A stretch of DNA of 62,879 bases, counting the filler. It is 6 parts of 6 records of this genome, joined end to end, with 100 filler letters (N's around TTAATTAATTAA, not from the genome) between each part and the next. Parts side by side here need not be neighbours in the genome. Positions count along the whole stretch, not along the records: positions 31,586 to 45,907 come from SRR2962707_1882; positions 46,008 to 57,438 come from SRR2962707_1887; 4 more parts are not named here. One strand, given 5' to 3'. This document shows, in pieces, positions 42,590 through 52,348 of this stretch. Position 1 is the stretch's first letter; every line of letters starts with the position of its first letter. The notes beneath the pieces were generated by a model. That model was given only the letters and a program-made list of their open reading frames with translations, was not told the origin of the DNA and did no database searches. A program made the translations under genes and the position numbers.

Positions 42590-44105
42590 CACGCCGCCTG
42601 CTGTCGTTACCGATACTCTCAAGAATGCCATCCGCATCGTAGCACTTGATCAGCGTGCCCGCGCCCGTGGTGTGCGGCTGAACCAGAGCTTGAGCGATGC
42701 GCGTGCGCTGGTGCCCGATCTCGATTGCCACCCCGCCGATGACGATCAGAGCCGAGCATTGTTGTTGAAAATCGCCAGCTGGTGTGAACGCTACACACCC
42801 CTCGTTGCTCTGGATTCAGCCCCCGAGGCTGAGCGCGATCACGGCCTGTTCATGGACATCACCGGCTGCGCCCATCTGCTGGGCGGCGAGGCGGCTCTGA
42901 TCGACGATCTTGAATCCCGGCTCCGCGCCCAGGGCTTTCACGTCCGGCTCTGCCTCGCCGATACGCCGGGCGCTGCCTGGGCCATGGCGCGCTATGGTCA
43001 GGGGCAGAACATTGCCGAGGGCGCTCACACCGAGGCAATCCTGCCTCTGAGCCTGAGCGGCCTGCGTCTGCCGCCGGCCATGGTGGCCTCGCTCGGCCGC
43101 GTTGGCCTCAAGACTGTCGGTTGCATTGCCGGCATGCCGCGCGCGCCATTGGCTGCCCGTTTTGGCGCACGGCTGATGCAGCGGCTTGATCAGGCGCTCG
43201 GCCGCGAGGCGGAAGCTATCTCGCCGATCATGCCGGTGGCGGAACTCTCCACCGAGCGCCGCTTTGCCGAGCCCGTGACCCATCACGACGAAATCAGCCA
43301 CGTGACGGCAGCACTCGCCGCTGGCATCATCGAACCGCTGGAACGGCGCGGCCTGGGGCTTCGGCATTGCCGGCTGAAACTGTTCCGAGTGGATGGCCAT
43401 GTCAGCCAGCTTGATGTGCAGACCGCCCGACCGCTGCGCGACGCCCGCTTGATCCTCCGCCTGTTCGCCGAACGCATCGCAGGCCTGCATGATGATCTTG
43501 ATGCGGGCTTCGGCTTCGATCTGATCCGGCTTGATGTCGTCCGTGCCGATCCGTTCGAGGCCGGGCAGACCGAGATGATGGCGCATCACGCAGTCGAACA
43601 GGGCCATGACGCTCTGGTTGACAGGCTCGGCGCGCGGCTTGGGCTGGACCGGGTCCAGCGGTTTGTGCTGGCCGACACCCACATTCCCGAACGCAGTTTT
43701 GGCCGCCAGCCAGTGGCTCATCTTGGCGCGCCCGGTCCAGCTCCCCGAAGATCGGCCACAGGCAATACCGCGCTTGCCCTCTCGTCCGAATGGGAAGCCT
43801 CCGGCGATGTCATCACCCGCCCGCTGATCCTGTTCGACCGACCTGAACTGATGCAGACCATCGCCGAGGTGCCCGATGGTTCGCCGCTCAGGTTTCGCTG
43901 GCGCGGCGTCTCCTACGAGGTCTCCCGCTCGGAGGGGCCCGAGCGTATAGCCTGCGAATGGTGGCGCGACGGGCGAGGCGCCCGGACCCGCGATTATTTC
44001 CGCGTCGAAGACCGTCAGGGCTACCGCTTCTGGATGTTCCGCCACGGACTTTACGGGCGGGAGACAAATGATCCGTCCTGGTACATGCACGGGCTCTTCG
44101 CATGA
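42447..44105 (+). CDS. imuB: ImuB, inactive Y-family polymerase
   Basis: ERYTPLVALD, DITGCAHLLGGE, GPERIACEWW, RDYFRVED...FWMFR. Confidence 0.93.
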   Translation: MPLQTHTPAPTRQRILSIAFPYLPTDRIHRARWGKSWIADRILDAHPDTPPAVVTDTLKNAIRIVALDQRARARGVRLNQSLSDARALVPDLDCHPADDDQSRALLLKIASWCERYTPLVALDSAPEAERDHGLFMDITGCAHLLGGEAALIDDLESRLRAQGFHVRLCLADTPGAAWAMARYGQGQNIAEGAHTEAILPLSLSGLRLPPAMVASLGRVGLKTVGCIAGMPRAPLAARFGARLMQRLDQALGREAEAISPIMPVAELSTERRFAEPVTHHDEISHVTAALAAGIIEPLERRGLGLRHCRLKLFRVDGHVSQLDVQTARPLRDARLILRLFAERIAGLHDDLDAGFGFDLIRLDVVRADPFEAGQTEMMAHHAVEQGHDALVDRLGARLGLDRVQRFVLADTHIPERSFGRQPVAHLGAPGPAPRRSATGNTALALSSEWEASGDVITRPLILFDRPELMQTIAEVPDGSPLRFRWRGVSYEVSRSEGPERIACEWWRDGRGARTRDYFRVEDRQGYRFWMFRHGLYGRETNDPSWYMHGLFA

Positions 44106-45907
44106 ACGCGATGTCTGCATCAAATGTGGGCTCGCCACACATCGGGCTGGCCTATGTCGAGCTTGCCGCCGCCAGCAATTTCTCCTTCCTGCGCGGCGCG
44201 TCGCACGCCGAGGAACTGGTGGTGCAGGCCTCAAGGCTTGGCCTTGGCGGCATCGCCATCACGGATCGCAATTCATTGGCCGGCGTTGTCCGTGCTCACA
44301 TGGCGGCGAAAGAAGCAGGGCTGGCTTTCGCGCCTGGCTGCCGGCTGGTGTTCATGGACGCCACGCCTGACATTCTTGTCTGGCCTGAAGATCGCTCCGC
44401 TTACGCCCATCTGTGCGAATTGCTGACCACCGGCAAACGCCGCGCACCGAAGGGCGAATGCCATCTGACGCTTGATGATCTGCTCACCCACGGCGAAGGC
44501 CTGTTGATGGCCGTCGTCGCGCCTGCCGGAGCGTCCGGGCCGAGGCTGAACTCCGCATTGGAGCGGCTGCGTGAAGCCTTCCCCGATTATCTCCATCTTG
44601 CACTGTCACGGGCCCATGGCAGCGCCGATCAGCGCCACATGGCGGTGCTCGCCCGGCTGGCGCGCAAGCACCGCCTGCCGCTGGTGGCAATCGGTGATGT
44701 GCTCTATCACACGCCCGAGCGCCGCCCGCTGCAGGACGTGCTGACCTGCATCCGCGAGGGCAAGACCTTGGCCACGGTCGGCACAAGGCTGCAGGCCAAT
44801 GCCGAACGGCATTTGCGCTCGCACACCGACATGCTGCATCTGTTCAGGGGCTTCGAGGCAGCCGTTGCGCAAGCCGCCACGCTGTTCCGGCGCATCGGCT
44901 TTTCGCTGGATGAATTGCGCTATCAATATCCCGATGCACCGATGTTCGAGGAACTCGGCCCCGAGCCGCTGCCCGCGCAGGAGGCACTGGAAAAGCTCAC
45001 TGTTCTGGGACTGAAAAAACGTTATCCCGATGGCGCGCCGGAAAAGGTGCTCAAGGCCATCGCCCATGAAACCCGGCTGATCAGGAAGCTCGATTACGCG
45101 CCGTATTTCCTGACCGTCTACGATATCGTCCGCTTCGCCCGCTCGCAGAATATCCTGTGTCAGGGGCGTGGCTCGGCGGCCAATTCCGCCGTCTGCTATT
45201 GCCTCGAGATCACCGAGGTGGATCCGGGCAAGGTCGACCTTCTGTTCGAGCGTTTCATCTCGGAGGAGCGCAACGAGCCGCCCGACATCGATGTTGATTT
45301 CGAGCATGAGCGGCGCGAGGAGGTCATCCAGTATATATACGCGAAGTATGGGCGCGAGCGGGCAGGGTTGGCCGCCACCGTCATCACCTATCGTGCCCGC
45401 TCCGCCATTCGCGAGGTCGGCAAGGTGTTCGGCCTCTCCGATGATGCGATCAGCGCGATATCAGGCACCAAATGGGGCGGCTGGTCGCGCGAGGTTGATG
45501 CCGAGGATGCCCGCCGTGTCGGTCTTGATCCAACCGACAAGCACCTGGCCCAGATGCTCGATCTGGCCTCGCAGATCACCGGTTTCCCGCGCCATCTCTC
45601 CCAGCATGTCGGAGGGTTCGTCATTACCCGTGACAAGCTGTCTTCGCTGATCCCGATCGAGAACGCGGCGATGGAGGATCGCACCATCGTCGAGTGGGAC
45701 AAGGACGATCTCGAAAGCCTCGGCATGCTCAAGATTGATGTGCTGGCGCTCGGCATGCTGACCTGCATCCGCAAGGCCTTCACCTTGCTCGACAGCCATT
45801 ATGGCCGCCGCGAAACCCTGGCCTCGCTGCCCGATGAGGATACCGCCACCTATGACATGATCTGCCGCGCCGACACCATCGGCGTGTTCCAGATCGAGAG
45901 CCGGGCG
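44102..45907 (+). CDS. dnaE2: Error-prone DNA polymerase DnaE2 (ImuC), 3'-truncated
   Basis: SNFSFLRGASHAEEL, QGRGSAANS, PPDIDVDFEH, PRHLSQHVGG, GVFQIESRA. Confidence 0.96.
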
Positions 45908-46007
45908 NNNNNNNNNNNNNNNNNNNNNNNNNNNNNNNNNNNNNNNNNNNNTTAATTAATTAANNNNNNNNNNNNNNNNNNNNNNNNNNNNNNNNNNNNN
46001 NNNNNNN
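45908..46007. other. Artificial contig spacer
   Basis: N44-TTAATTAATTAA-N44. Confidence 0.99.
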
Positions 46008-46585
46008 GCCGCGTTCAGTGCCAGCAGGTTGGTCTGATCGGCAATCTGTCGGACCGAGAGACTCATGGCCTGGAGTTCGCCGGTGTAGCTCTGTAGCCCC
46101 TGAATCGTATCTATCAGCCCGGCTTTTTCACGATGGCTGTGGTCAAACTCATCTACCACACCCTGTAGCTGCGCCCGTGTTTCTGCCAGCAGGGCGGAGA
46201 CAGAGCCATGCTCATCCTGATTCGCGACCTCGAGACTGCTGTCCAGCAGATAGATCAGGCCGTCAAACTGACCGACCAGGCTGCCGATGTTCTGGTCTGC
46301 GAGGCCCCGCACCTGGTTGATGCTGTTGGTCCAGGCCGGAATCATGGCGTGCAGCAGCTCGGCCACGGCATCGTCTTCTTGCGTGCGGGTCTCGACGGAT
46401 CCGGTATCAGGATTGTCGCTTTCGCTCTGCTCAGAGTGCCCCTGCCGGGAAAATGACCAGAGCAATGCGCTCGCCAGGACTACGCCCGAGATCATCAGAG
46501 CCACCCCCAGCCAGACGAGGCTGAAAAGCCAGGCCGTTGTGGCCGCAAGCTGGACCAAAATGAGTAAGCCAATGATCTTTTTCAT
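46008..46585 (-). CDS. Methyl-accepting chemotaxis protein, 3'-truncated
   Basis: Two adjacent N-terminal TM helices; signalling-domain motif IADQTNLLALNA at the contig edge. Confidence 0.9.
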
Positions 46586-46667
46586 CGAAGTGATCTTCCG
46601 TCTACAGATGTATTCGGCAGTTTAGAAAAATCTGTGTTACTCGCCATGGGTCATTTCCCTATGGCTA

Positions 46668-48512
46668 CTAAGGTGTATCCTGATAGCGGTTTTGCAGCAT
46701 GCTCACGGGCAAGAAATCCTGTTCAAACTCTGATGCGGGCGCAGGTTTCGAAAACAGAAATCCTTGCAGCGCGTCACAGCCCGCCCGGCTCAGGCAGTCG
46801 GCCTGGGCGCGAGTCTCAATCCCCTCGGCCACCACGGTCATGTTCAGCGTCCGGCCCAGTTGAATCATGCTTTCAACGATGCCCAGCGCGGTTTCGTCGG
46901 TGTCGCAGTCAATGGTGAACGAGCGGTCGATTTTCAGTGTGTCCGGGTGGAACCGGCGCAGGTAGTTCATGCTTGAGTACCCGGTTCCAAAATCGTCTAT
47001 AGCGAGGCGTAATCCGGCGGCCCGGAGCTCGGAAAAGACGGCCTCCGCCCGGGCCGGGTCGGCCAGCATGGCGCTTTCCGTCAGCTCAAGTTCAATGGCC
47101 TGCGGAGGTAGATGATGCTCGTTGAGGATGGCCATCACCCGTGCCGGAAAATCCCTGGAAAGCAGTTGTGCTGCTGAGACATTAACGGCCAGGGAAAAGC
47201 CGCGGGGCAGTCTGTCGTTTTCATGCCATTGGGCCAGCTGGCGACAGGCATCCTGCAGAATCCAGTCGCCGACATCGATGATGTCTCCGGAGTCTTCGAG
47301 TTGCGGAATGAAATCATTCGGGGATACCAGACCATGGACCGGATGCCGCCACCGGAGCAACACCTCGGCTCCGGACAACTCCCGACGGCTGCAGCAATAC
47401 TTGGCCTGGTAATAGAGTTCGAACTGCTGGTTCTTGAGTGCCTTGCGAAGATCCATATCCCGCCGCAGGCGTTCCCGGGTTGCCTGGCAGGTGAGCTCTT
47501 CCTCGTAAAAAGTCATGGAACCCCGGCACCGGGTCTTGCTGCGGACCATGGCCAGTTCCGCCGCTTTCATCAACGAGCCCGGATCATCGCCGTCGGTGGG
47601 GTAGCGGGCTACTCCGAAAGACGCCGTTGTCACGATCTGCTCGCCGTCGACACTGATCGGCTGAGTCAGAGCTTGCTGGAGACCAATCAGGCGGTTGTGG
47701 GCCGAAGAGGATTCATGGCAGTCGGTTAGAATCAGCGCGAACTCATCACCGCCGACCCGCGCCACATAGCCACGAGTGCCAATGAACTCCTTGATACGGT
47801 GAGCGATTTTGCGCAGGTATTCGTCACCTACGCTGTGACCCAGCGTGTCATTGATTCGTCCGAAACGGTCGATATCAATAAAAACCGCGCACAGGTCGGT
47901 ACACGCAGAGTCGCTCTGAATGGAAAGCATCGCCGCCAGGGTATCCGAGTAGGCCGAGCGGTTGGCCAGGCCGGTGATGTGGTCCAGTTGCGAGTTTTCG
48001 TAGGCTTTGAGCTCAGCCAGCTTGCGCTCGGTAACATCGGAAGCAAAACCAATACGATGTGCGCCTACGCTGGAGGCATGGGGCTGGTTGATAAAGCGGG
48101 CATGAATGTAGCGCAGTTCGCCGCGGGTATTGCGAATGCGGTATTCGAATTCCTGAACCTTGCCCATCTCCAGATTGTGGAGGAACCGCCGCTCGACGAA
48201 CTCGCGGTCCTCCGGAACGACCATGTCGTACCAGGCTTTGGGGTTTTCATGCAGGGCTTCTCTGGGCAGGCCCCAGATGTCCTCGAATGATTTGCTGACA
48301 AACAGGCAGCGATCCTGCTGGTCAATGGAATGGCAAAAAAACACGGCAGGGATGAATTCAATCAGTTCTTTCAGGAAGATGGCGCCATCAATGTCGTGCA
48401 GACGATATCCGGTAAGGCTGGCGACCTGGCTGACCAGCTTCAGTTCGGCTTGCGAGCTCAAACCGGAGGGCTCTTCCTGAGTCAGTGTTCGTGCTTTCGA
48501 TGAATCCAACAT
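46668..48512 (-). CDS. PAS-GGDEF-EAL c-di-GMP enzyme
   Basis: PAS/PAC (VSKSFEDIWG...EYRI), DHITGLANR, RVGGDEF, AEVLLRW, DDFGTGYSS; likely start MLDSS at 48512. Confidence 0.93.
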   Translation of the reverse strand: MLDSSKARTLTQEEPSGLSSQAELKLVSQVASLTGYRLHDIDGAIFLKELIEFIPAVFFCHSIDQQDRCLFVSKSFEDIWGLPREALHENPKAWYDMVVPEDREFVERRFLHNLEMGKVQEFEYRIRNTRGELRYIHARFINQPHASSVGAHRIGFASDVTERKLAELKAYENSQLDHITGLANRSAYSDTLAAMLSIQSDSACTDLCAVFIDIDRFGRINDTLGHSVGDEYLRKIAHRIKEFIGTRGYVARVGGDEFALILTDCHESSSAHNRLIGLQQALTQPISVDGEQIVTTASFGVARYPTDGDDPGSLMKAAELAMVRSKTRCRGSMTFYEEELTCQATRERLRRDMDLRKALKNQQFELYYQAKYCCSRRELSGAEVLLRWRHPVHGLVSPNDFIPQLEDSGDIIDVGDWILQDACRQLAQWHENDRLPRGFSLAVNVSAAQLLSRDFPARVMAILNEHHLPPQAIELELTESAMLADPARAEAVFSELRAAGLRLAIDDFGTGYSSMNYLRRFHPDTLKIDRSFTIDCDTDETALGIVESMIQLGRTLNMTVVAEGIETRAQADCLSRAGCDALQGFLFSKPAPASEFEQDFLPVSMLQNRYQDTP

Positions 48513-48645
48513 GACCGGCTTCTCCGCTCGGTGACAATGATCGACACTGTCAGTCTGGCGGAGACCGGACAACAAAAAAATCGGGTAAATTCTGAACAGA
48601 CAGGAGGGGGTTCCCCAGATTTCTGTTTGGAAACCCTTAAGTAAT

Positions 48646-49293
48646 TCAGGTGGCGAGGTGAGTGCTGACCGCGAACCGGACCAGTTCGGTACTGTTGCTC
48701 AAGCCAAGCCGGTGCATCATCTGGCTGCGGTGGGACTCTACGGTTTTAATACTGACGCCGAGCTTCTCCGCAATGTCCCGGGTAGACAGTCCCTCGGCGA
48801 TGCCGGCCAGCACTTCTTTCTGGCGGCCGGTGAGTTGTTCTGACGGCGATACCTCACTGAGGGAACGAACCGCGAGGTCGATCAGATGTTTCGCCACGCC
48901 GGGGCTGAGAAACGGTTTTTTCTGGCAGGCATAGTCCAGCGCCAGCTTCAGCTCATGCTCGGCGGCGTCTTTCAGGATGTAGCCATCGGCACCATTACGC
49001 AGAGCGTTGATGACAAATTCGGGCGAGTCGTACATTGAGAGCATCAGCACGGGAAGCTGTTTGTTTTGTTCGCGGATTTTCTTGACTGCCTTCAGGCCAC
49101 AGAGTCCCGGCATGGAAACATCCATGACGATGGCGTCCGGCTGGCCGGAGCGCGCCAGCTCTACGGCGTCTGCACCACTTTCACCTTCACAGGCAACGTG
49201 GTAGCCGTCCAGGCTGTCAATCAATCCTTTGATTCCCGCTCTTACGAGTCTGTGGTCGTCGATCAGTGCGATTTTCTTCTGGTGGGACATCAA
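48646..49293 (-). CDS. NarL/LuxR-family response regulator 1
   Basis: IDDH, MDVSMP, LSMY, YILK, LTGRQKEVL...SIKTVESHR. Confidence 0.95.
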   Translation of the reverse strand: MMSHQKKIALIDDHRLVRAGIKGLIDSLDGYHVACEGESGADAVELARSGQPDAIVMDVSMPGLCGLKAVKKIREQNKQLPVLMLSMYDSPEFVINALRNGADGYILKDAAEHELKLALDYACQKKPFLSPGVAKHLIDLAVRSLSEVSPSEQLTGRQKEVLAGIAEGLSTRDIAEKLGVSIKTVESHRSQMMHRLGLSNSTELVRFAVSTHLAT

Positions 49294-49430
49294 AGGGTGC
49301 TTTCTCAGTCAGGGCAACGGTACTAAACAGCAGTACTCCGCTGTCGGAACTGGAATAAAGATATGGTTTCAGGCGCGACGATGCTATCGGGAAAACCCTG
49401 CGGGCGGTCTAGGGTATTGTCTTAGGGTGT

Positions 49431-50081
49431 TTACAGCTCGGTCAGGCCGTGCCGGATGGCGTAGCGGATGAGCCCGGCGATGTCCCGGATTTGCAGTCGC
49501 TCCATGATCTGTGCCCGGTGGGATTCCACGGTTTTTGCGCTCAGCCCCAGTTCCCAGGCAATCTCCTTGGTGGCTTTGCCATCGGCGATGTAACGGAGTA
49601 TCTCTTTCTGGCGTTCCGTCAGTGGAATTTCTTCGGCGGCTGGGGGCAGGCCCCCTCCGGCTAATGCAGCCCTGACCAGGTCACCCGATATCCGAGGGCT
49701 CAGGTATATCTGACCGGCCAACACTGCGCGCAGGGCCAGTTCCAGCTCCGTCTCTGCCGAGTCTTTCAGCAGGTATCCGTCGGCACCGGAGCGCAGGGCC
49801 TTGTTGACGTATTCCGAAGTGTCATGCATTGACAGAATGATAACCTTGGTGTCGCAGCCTCTGGATCGCATTTCACCGAGCGCATCAATACCTGACATGT
49901 CGGGCATGGAAATGTCGAGAACGCAGATATCCGGTTGCTGCTCGTGGGCCAGGGCCAGTGCCTCGCTGCCATCGGCCCCTTCCGCCACCACATGAAATCC
50001 GTCCATATTCTCGATCAGGTTTCTCAGACCCGCCCTGACCAGACGGTGGTCATCGATCAGCAGTACCGATATCGGTTCCAT
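49431..50081 (-). CDS. NarL/LuxR-family response regulator 2
   Basis: IDDH, LDISMP, LSMH, YLLK, LTERQKEIL...SAKTVESHR. Confidence 0.95.
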   Translation of the reverse strand: MEPISVLLIDDHRLVRAGLRNLIENMDGFHVVAEGADGSEALALAHEQQPDICVLDISMPDMSGIDALGEMRSRGCDTKVIILSMHDTSEYVNKALRSGADGYLLKDSAETELELALRAVLAGQIYLSPRISGDLVRAALAGGGLPPAAEEIPLTERQKEILRYIADGKATKEIAWELGLSAKTVESHRAQIMERLQIRDIAGLIRYAIRHGLTEL

Positions 50082-50096
50082 AAACAGACCTCATCC

Positions 50097-52154
50097 TTAG
50101 GCTGGTGACGTTACCCGGTGACCTCTCAGTGGCAGCACAGCCTCCACGCGAGTGCCATTGCCAGGACTGGAGCTTACTGTAACCATTCCGGCAACCAGGC
50201 TCGCCCGTTCGGTCATATTCGCGAGACCGAGACCGCCCCTGTTTTCTTCCGGGTCGAAACCTTTGCCATCATCAACAATGGTGATTCTGAGTTGCTCCGA
50301 GTTAGCTTCCAGGGTCACTGCAAGGTGATTCGGCTCGCCATGCCGTATGGCATTGGTCATGGCTTCCTGGAAGATCCGGAACGCGGTGAGACTTGGCTCA
50401 TCCGGAAGCTTGTCGATATCCACCCTATCATGGAATTCTCTCTGAATCCCGGTGGGGCCAATCATCCGGCGCATCTCCCAGGAAATGGCATGTTTGAGGC
50501 CAAGTTCATCCAGCTGTGGTGGGCGCAGCATCAGTGATCGATCCCGGACCTTGGCGACCAGCTCCTCAAGGACACCGGAAATCAGATCCGCCTCCGGGGG
50601 TTTGTCGAGATCGGCTGGCCATTTGTTATAAAGGGATCGCAGGTTTGTTTTGACCGCAATGAGCAATTGACCGATGTCGTCATGGAGTTCTCTCGATATC
50701 AGGGCCCTTTCCTGCTCCAGTACCCTCAGTGTCTTGCTGTTGAGCATCGACAGTTTCTGGTTGGCCTGGCGGAGCTGCTCGCGAAGCACGATCTCTTCGT
50801 CGATATCATGGATAACCAGTTGCGCATACTGGCGCTCGGCCAACTGCAGATGCGTGGAATTGATGTGTACCCGGAAAATGGAATGGTCCTGTCGTTTCAG
50901 CAGCACTTCCTGTTTGCGCTGATGATTCCCTTGTTCGCTAATGGTGTCCAACAGATCGGCCAGGCGCTGACGGTTCTCGGCGTCTGCGGCAATCGCGGCC
51001 AGTTTCTCGATGCGGTTTTCCTGTCCGGCCGGAACGCCGAGCATGCAGTAGAACGCCGGGTTGGCGAGATGGAGTTTGCCGCCCGGGCCGATGTCGTGCA
51101 GGACGACCGGCGCGGGCAGATTGATGAGGATCTTGCGTAGATCTGCTTCCTGTCTTTCCAGCGCACGGGTGTGTCGAATCTGGTCGGTCTCGTCGATGAC
51201 CGAGCCGGTCATCATCAGCGCTGCACCATTGCCACTCTGGGCGTGGAGGATCTCCCGATAATGCCGGACTTCTCCGTTTGGCAACTGGGCCCGAAAGCGT
51301 ATTTCCGCCTGGCCGGTTCGCAGACAGGTTTCTGCGGCTGCCCGGGCGTGAGGCCGGTCTTCGGGAACAATACGCTGGAAAGCGCTGTCCAGGGATTCTG
51401 TTTGTTGTTCCGGCGGAATCCCGAACAGGCGTGCCAGCCCGCGGGAGATCCGCATGTAGGTATCTCCGGCATGCCATTCCCAGGCGCCAAAACGACCGAG
51501 TTGTTCAGCATCCTCCAGGTGTTTCAGGGTTTTCTTCGCTTTACGAACCGCTTCCACCTGGGTGGTAATGTCGACACTGGTGACCAGGAGCATGGGGGTG
51601 TTATCGAAATCGACCGGGTGGGTCGTGATTTCGACCCAGAAGGGATTGCCGTCCCGGTCTTTATGGCACTTGGTGGCACTTTTGGGGCCGGGCGTGGGAT
51701 CAAGAAAGACCGAGAAGTGGTGGTCCAGACTGCCAGTGGCTTCGGAGTACTGCACGTCATCCACCCGCATGGAGAGAAACTCTTCGCGGGACCAGCCATA
51801 TCGTGCGACGGCCGCCTGGTTAACATCGAAAAAACGGCGGCTGGAAGGATCGATCAGGCACATGGGTTGAGGGTGTGCGCGAAAAAGCTGCTGGTATGCC
51901 TGCTGGGTGTGGGCATGGCGCATGCGCTCGCGATGGTGTTCAGACAGTAACGCACGCAGAAGCAGATACAGGGCGACGGTTGTAATGGAAATCAGAACGG
52001 CCTTGTCCAGCAAATGCAGCCCGTCCAATTGCGGCCCGGGCTCCAGTGCCAGCAGGACTTCGATCCATTCAAGCGCAATTCCGAGCAGGGCTGCCAGAAT
52101 GATGTAAAACAGGGCAAGGTGAAATGGGCCAAACCGACGAAGAAAGTTATACAT
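50097..52154 (-). CDS. Multi-PAS sensor histidine kinase (HisKA_3 class)
   Basis: Two N-terminal TM segments, PAS-like repeats, SRELHDDIGQ H-box, QEAMTNAIRH, DDGKGF, GLGLANM. Confidence 0.94.
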   Translation of the reverse strand: MYNFLRRFGPFHLALFYIILAALLGIALEWIEVLLALEPGPQLDGLHLLDKAVLISITTVALYLLLRALLSEHHRERMRHAHTQQAYQQLFRAHPQPMCLIDPSSRRFFDVNQAAVARYGWSREEFLSMRVDDVQYSEATGSLDHHFSVFLDPTPGPKSATKCHKDRDGNPFWVEITTHPVDFDNTPMLLVTSVDITTQVEAVRKAKKTLKHLEDAEQLGRFGAWEWHAGDTYMRISRGLARLFGIPPEQQTESLDSAFQRIVPEDRPHARAAAETCLRTGQAEIRFRAQLPNGEVRHYREILHAQSGNGAALMMTGSVIDETDQIRHTRALERQEADLRKILINLPAPVVLHDIGPGGKLHLANPAFYCMLGVPAGQENRIEKLAAIAADAENRQRLADLLDTISEQGNHQRKQEVLLKRQDHSIFRVHINSTHLQLAERQYAQLVIHDIDEEIVLREQLRQANQKLSMLNSKTLRVLEQERALISRELHDDIGQLLIAVKTNLRSLYNKWPADLDKPPEADLISGVLEELVAKVRDRSLMLRPPQLDELGLKHAISWEMRRMIGPTGIQREFHDRVDIDKLPDEPSLTAFRIFQEAMTNAIRHGEPNHLAVTLEANSEQLRITIVDDGKGFDPEENRGGLGLANMTERASLVAGMVTVSSSPGNGTRVEAVLPLRGHRVTSPA

Positions 52155-52348
52155 GAGCCTCTCTGTGATACTGAAACGTACCTAAGTGTAGATCATGTAG
52201 GCATATTTGTGTGTTCCTAATCGAAGTCAGAGCCGAGACAGGATGGCTGACGTAATCAACCATAGTTCAAACCCGATAAACCGGCGAATGTAACGATTTC
52301 GATTTTCCCGTGTCTGGGTGAGAAAGCGGCTACAAATTGGAGAAGAAT

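Noticed and set aside
32608-44234. Long antisense ORFs (32608-33759, 35009-36088, 36841-37923, 42816-44234; similarly 26685-27752 and 53501-54859)
   Set aside because: They lie opposite well-supported genes in GC-rich DNA and have no recognisable motifs.
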